From: Ostreococcus lucimarinus
Lineage: Eukaryota
Assembly (NCBI GenBank): GCA_000092065.1
Contig: CP000600.1
Reading direction: 5' to 3' (one strand)
Length of the DNA stretch: 64,000 nucleotides
Of the stretch, positions 60,492 to 64,000 are shown piece after piece (the first letter of the stretch is position 1; each line of letters begins with the position of its first letter). A program made the translations under genes and the position numbers. The notes under the pieces were generated by a model. It saw nothing but the letters and a program-made list of their open reading frames with translations, was not told the DNA's origin and did not search any database.

Positions 60492-63400
60492 TTAAGCAGT
60501 GGCTTCAACTCCAGCCTTAACATCGTTCGTCGCCTCCGGCGTGTTCGCCTCAGACGGCGGAACTAACTGCCAGAACTTGGGCAAATAGTTGGCCCAGTCA
60601 GCGAGGATAGCCTTCGCCTTCGGCGAGTTCGTCTTCTCGGCGTGCGCGGAGATGAGACCCTTGAGTTGGGCCTCACCCGCCGGCGTGATCACGCGCTGCA
60701 TGGCGACAATCTCGCCGTTCACCTTGGATTCGAACGTACCGTCTTCGTCGAGGAAGTAACCGATGCCACCAGTCATACCCGCGCCAACGTTGCGGCCAAC
60801 CTTGCCGATCGCGACGACGCAACCACCCGTCATGTATTCGCAGCAGTGGTCGCCAGTGCCTTCAACGACCGCTTCACCGAGCGAGTTACGGACGGCGAAG
60901 CGTTCACCAGCGCGACCGCTGATAAACACTTGACCACCAGTGGCGCCGTACAAGCACGCGTTACCCGCGATGCTCGCCGACTCCGGCGCGAACGGAGAGT
61001 TCGGAGGAGGCATGATGGCAATCTCACCGCCACTCATGCTCTTCGCCACGTAATCGTTCGCTTCACCCACAAGTCGCACTTTCAGGCCACCGACAACGAA
61101 AGCACCGAAAGATTGACCGCTGGAACCCTCGATGTCTAAGGTGAGAGAACCAGCGAAGCCATTGTCGCCGTACTTCTTGGCGATTTGACCGGCGACGCGC
61201 GCCGTCGCGCAACGGTCGACGTTGACAATCTCCACCTTCTTCGTGTACGTGCCTTCGGTTTCGATGCACTTTTGGACTTCCGGATCGCTAAGGATCTTGT
61301 CATCGAGAACGATACCGTCGTTGTGCACCGGTTGCGCGATGCGGTCCGAGGAAGCGCCAGCCTCGCCAGAGGACGTGGTGAGGAAGGACAAGTCGAGAGA
61401 CGAAGTCTTCGCCGGCGCCTTGTCAATTTGGCTGAGCAAGTCGTTGCGACCGATGATCTCATCGAGAGATCTGTAACCCATTTGGGCGAGGATCTCGCGC
61501 ACTTCTTGCGCGGCGTACATGAAGAAGTTGACAAGATCGCTTGGCGCACCGGGGAAGCGCGCGCGAAGCTCTTCGCGCTGGGACGCAACACCAACGGGGC
61601 AGTTGTTGGTGTGGCAAATACGAGCCATGACGCAGCCAGTGGCAATCATCGCAACGGTACCGAAACCGTATTCATCGGCACCCATGAGAGCGGTTTGGAT
61701 GACGTCAAGACCGGAGCGGCAGCCACCATCGGCGCGCAAGACGACGCGCTCGCGAAGGCCATTCTCAACGAGAGTTCTGTGCGATTCGACGAGACCCATC
61801 TCCAACGGACCACCGCAGTGCTTGATGGACGACAAAGGAGACGCGCCGGTACCACCATCGCCACCCGAAATTTGGATGATGTCGGCGTTCGCCTTGGCGA
61901 CGCCGGACGCCACCGTGCCGATGCCCGCTTGGGACACGAGCTTCACGGACACCTTCGAGTTCTTGTTGACCATGTGCAAGTCATAGATGAGCTGCGCGAG
62001 ATCCTCAATGGAGTAGATGTCGTGATGCGGCGGCGGGGAGATGAGCGGGACACCAGCCTTGGATCGGCGGAGCCAGGCAATGTACGGGGAAACCTTCTTA
62101 CCCGGAAGCTGACCACCTTCTCCCGGCTTGGCACCTTGCGCCACCTTGATTTCGGTCTGGTTGGCAGACATCAAGAACGACGTCGTGACACCAAAGCGAC
62201 CGGAAGCGACTTGCTTGATAGCGGAAGACGCGACGTCGCCATTCTCCATGCCTCGAAGGTACGGGAACGTTTCAGACTTGCCATCCGCGGTGGCGTCAGT
62301 GATGGTTTCGAATCGCTTCGGGTCTTCGCCACCTTCACCAGAGTTGGATTTACCACCGATGCGGTTCATCGCGATGGCGATAGATTCGTGGCACTCTTGG
62401 GAGATAGCACCGAGAGACATACCACCCGTGCAGAAGCGCGTGCAAATGTCAGCGACGGATTCGACCTCATCGACGGAGATCGGTTGGCGGTCAGACTTGA
62501 TTTCGAGTTGATCGCGCAAGCACGTGTACGGACGATCGTTGCGGTGCGCTTGGTAGGCGCTCCAGAACTCATCATTCTTTTCACCACCACCGAGGCCAAC
62601 AGCCTTGTGAAGAAGCTTAGACATCTCTTGGTTGTTGCCGTGGTATTCCAATCCCGGCTTGACTTGGAACATACCGCGCGCCTCAACCTTGGCCATCTCT
62701 TCAGCCTCACCCGGGAAAGCGGACTGGACAAACATGTGCGTCTCCGCGGCAACTTCATCCATGGTGAGACCACCGATGCGGGAAACGGTGCCCTTGAAGG
62801 CGGTGTTGATGACTTCAGGCCCAAGACCGTAGCACTCGAAAATTTGCGCGCCTTGGTACGAGGTGATCAAAGAGATACCCATCTTAGACAAGATCTTCTT
62901 GAGACCCTTGTTGAGGGCATTCTTGAAGTTGACTTGCACACCTTCCACAGAGACATCACCCATCTTACCGCGCTGGATGGCGGTCTCGACCTTCGGGGAC
63001 TTTCTCCATGACCGGCAGGTTTCCAAAGCCAACCACGGGCACACAGCGTGTGCGCCGAAACCAACCAAGGTGGCAATGTGGTGCGTGCTGAACGCCGAAG
63101 CAGACTCCACGACGATAGACGCGCGGGTTCGAAGACCTTGCGCGATCAAGTAGTGGTGCACGGTACCAACAGCGAGAAGCGAGGGAATCGCGGGCGAGTC
63201 CGGACCTTGATCCGGACGATCCGTGATGACGATGCACTCGCTGCCGGCGCGAATCGCCGCGGCGGCCTCTTCGCAAAGCTTGTCAAGGCCAGCCTTGAGG
63301 GCACCAGCGGCACCACCAGCGGCGTAACGCGCGGCAATAGTTTGCGTCTTCAGCTTCGGGTGGTTCTTAATGTGCTCCAACTCAGAGTCGAAGAGGACCG

Positions 63401-64000
63401 GGGAGTCGAGCATGACCGGCGGCGTTTCCTTGCCTTGCGTGTCGAGCAAGTTGCCCTTCGCACCAAGAGTCATGGCCAAGGACATGACGAGACCCTCGCG
63501 AAGAGGGTCGATGGCGGGGTTGGTAACTTGCGCGAAGCGTTGCTTGAAGTAGTCATAAAGCAAGCGCGGTCGGCCAGACAAGACGGGCATCGGGGTGTCG
63601 TCGCCCATCGACCAAGTGGGTTCGATGGCATCGGACGCCATCGATTCAATGATCATCGTGATGTCTTCGGCGGCGTAACCGGCGCGAGCTTGGCACTCGA
63701 TGAGTTGGATCGGGTCCAGTTGCGTCGCGCCAATGGGTTCGATGCCCTTGACGCGATCGATGGCCTTCATCCATTCGCCGTACGGGAGGCGCGCGGAGAC
63801 TTCCTTCGCGATTTCCGTATTTTCCTTGAACTCGCCCGTCTCCAAATCAGCGTAAATCATCATACCCGGGCCGAGACGGCCCTTGGAGACGACATTGGAC
63901 GCGTTGGACATGACATCACCGAGGACACCAACTTCCGAGGCGACGTAGATGTAATCATCGGACGTGCGCCAGAAGCGCGCCGGGCGCAACCCGTTGCGGT
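60492..64000 (-). CDS. GLU: ferredoxin-dependent glutamate synthase (Fd-GOGAT), partial; the 5' end lies beyond the window end
   Basis: The central and FMN domains ([26 protein letters not shown]) and the C-terminal GXGXG beta-helix domain are present. The protein ends without a small-subunit-like NAD(P)H domain, as expected for the Fd type. The amidotransferase-domain sequence continues past 63989 with no start in the window. Confidence 0.9.
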   Translation of the reverse strand, partial: RNGLRPARFWRTSDDYIYVASEVGVLGDVMSNASNVVSKGRLGPGMMIYADLETGEFKENTEIAKEVSARLPYGEWMKAIDRVKGIEPIGATQLDPIQLIECQARAGYAAEDITMIIESMASDAIEPTWSMGDDTPMPVLSGRPRLLYDYFKQRFAQVTNPAIDPLREGLVMSLAMTLGAKGNLLDTQGKETPPVMLDSPVLFDSELEHIKNHPKLKTQTIAARYAAGGAAGALKAGLDKLCEEAAAAIRAGSECIVITDRPDQGPDSPAIPSLLAVGTVHHYLIAQGLRTRASIVVESASAFSTHHIATLVGFGAHAVCPWLALETCRSWRKSPKVETAIQRGKMGDVSVEGVQVNFKNALNKGLKKILSKMGISLITSYQGAQIFECYGLGPEVINTAFKGTVSRIGGLTMDEVAAETHMFVQSAFPGEAEEMAKVEARGMFQVKPGLEYHGNNQEMSKLLHKAVGLGGGEKNDEFWSAYQAHRNDRPYTCLRDQLEIKSDRQPISVDEVESVADICTRFCTGGMSLGAISQECHESIAIAMNRIGGKSNSGEGGEDPKRFETITDATADGKSETFPYLRGMENGDVASSAIKQVASGRFGVTTSFLMSANQTEIKVAQGAKPGEGGQLPGKKVSPYIAWLRRSKAGVPLISPPPHHDIYSIEDLAQLIYDLHMVNKNSKVSVKLVSQAGIGTVASGVAKANADIIQISGGDGGTGASPLSSIKHCGGPLEMGLVESHRTLVENGLRERVVLRADGGCRSGLDVIQTALMGADEYGFGTVAMIATGCVMARICHTNNCPVGVASQREELRARFPGAPSDLVNFFMYAAQEVREILAQMGYRSLDEIIGRNDLLSQIDKAPAKTSSLDLSFLTTSSGEAGASSDRIAQPVHNDGIVLDDKILSDPEVQKCIETEGTYTKKVEIVNVDRCATARVAGQIAKKYGDNGFAGSLTLDIEGSSGQSFGAFVVGGLKVRLVGEANDYVAKSMSGGEIAIMPPPNSPFAPESASIAGNACLYGATGGQVFISGRAGERFAVRNSLGEAVVEGTGDHCCEYMTGGCVVAIGKVGRNVGAGMTGGIGYFLDEDGTFESKVNGEIVAMQRVITPAGEAQLKGLISAHAEKTNSPKAKAILADWANYLPKFWQLVPPSEANTPEATNDVKAGVEATA

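Noticed and set aside
61185-63011. 608-aa plus ORF
   Set aside because: Antisense to glutamate synthase, whose identity is unambiguous.
1-64000. Prokaryotic or mobile-element interpretation of the window
   Set aside because: Spliceosomal introns with GT..AG boundaries, eukaryote-specific genes (transportin, MAD2, GINS1, DDX55, COMMD-like) and presequences argue for a nuclear genome. No transposase, integrase or terminal inverted repeats were seen.

Overview
The window is a nuclear segment from a very GC-rich, extremely gene-dense eukaryote. There are about 35 protein-coding genes in 64 kb. Intergenic spacers are often under 100 bp, 5' exons are short, and two spliceosomal introns of 130 and 172 bp are visible. 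Several gene products are plastid-related: ferredoxin-type glutamate synthase, an organellar-type ribosomal protein L31, ArgC, an STN7/8-like kinase, a Rubisco-LSMT-like SET protein and an NnrU/Z-ISO-like protein. With the codon bias, this points to a picoplanktonic green alga of the Ostreococcus/Micromonas type. That placement is inferred and was not verified. The six-frame track is heavily contaminated by antisense and low-complexity ORFs typical of 65% GC DNA, and by non-ATG ORF starts. Gene models were chosen by recognisable protein families and several starts were moved to internal ATGs. Main content: a partial MFS sugar transporter, an M32 carboxypeptidase, a 10 kb gene for a secreted mucin-like protein with about 3.6 kb of near-perfect 42/24-nt coding tandem repeats and PAN/apple modules, a 6.4 kb gene for a secreted EGF-array protein, a class IV aminotransferase, an ABCG half-transporter, GINS Psf1, transportin-1, ArgC, the DDX55 helicase, ATP-PFK, lysyl-tRNA synthetase, L31, MAD2 with a poly-Thr insert, an Ldh_2-family dehydrogenase and Fd-GOGAT. 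Most notable is a single ORF that fuses a TrmK-type tRNA m1A methyltransferase to an AlkB-type 2OG/Fe(II) dioxygenase, a putative m1A writer and eraser in one protein. Also notable: a (CCCTAA)n/telo-box cluster inside a 128-bp bidirectional promoter, many microsatellites inside coding regions, and an apparently gene-free 0.75 kb region of lower GC.
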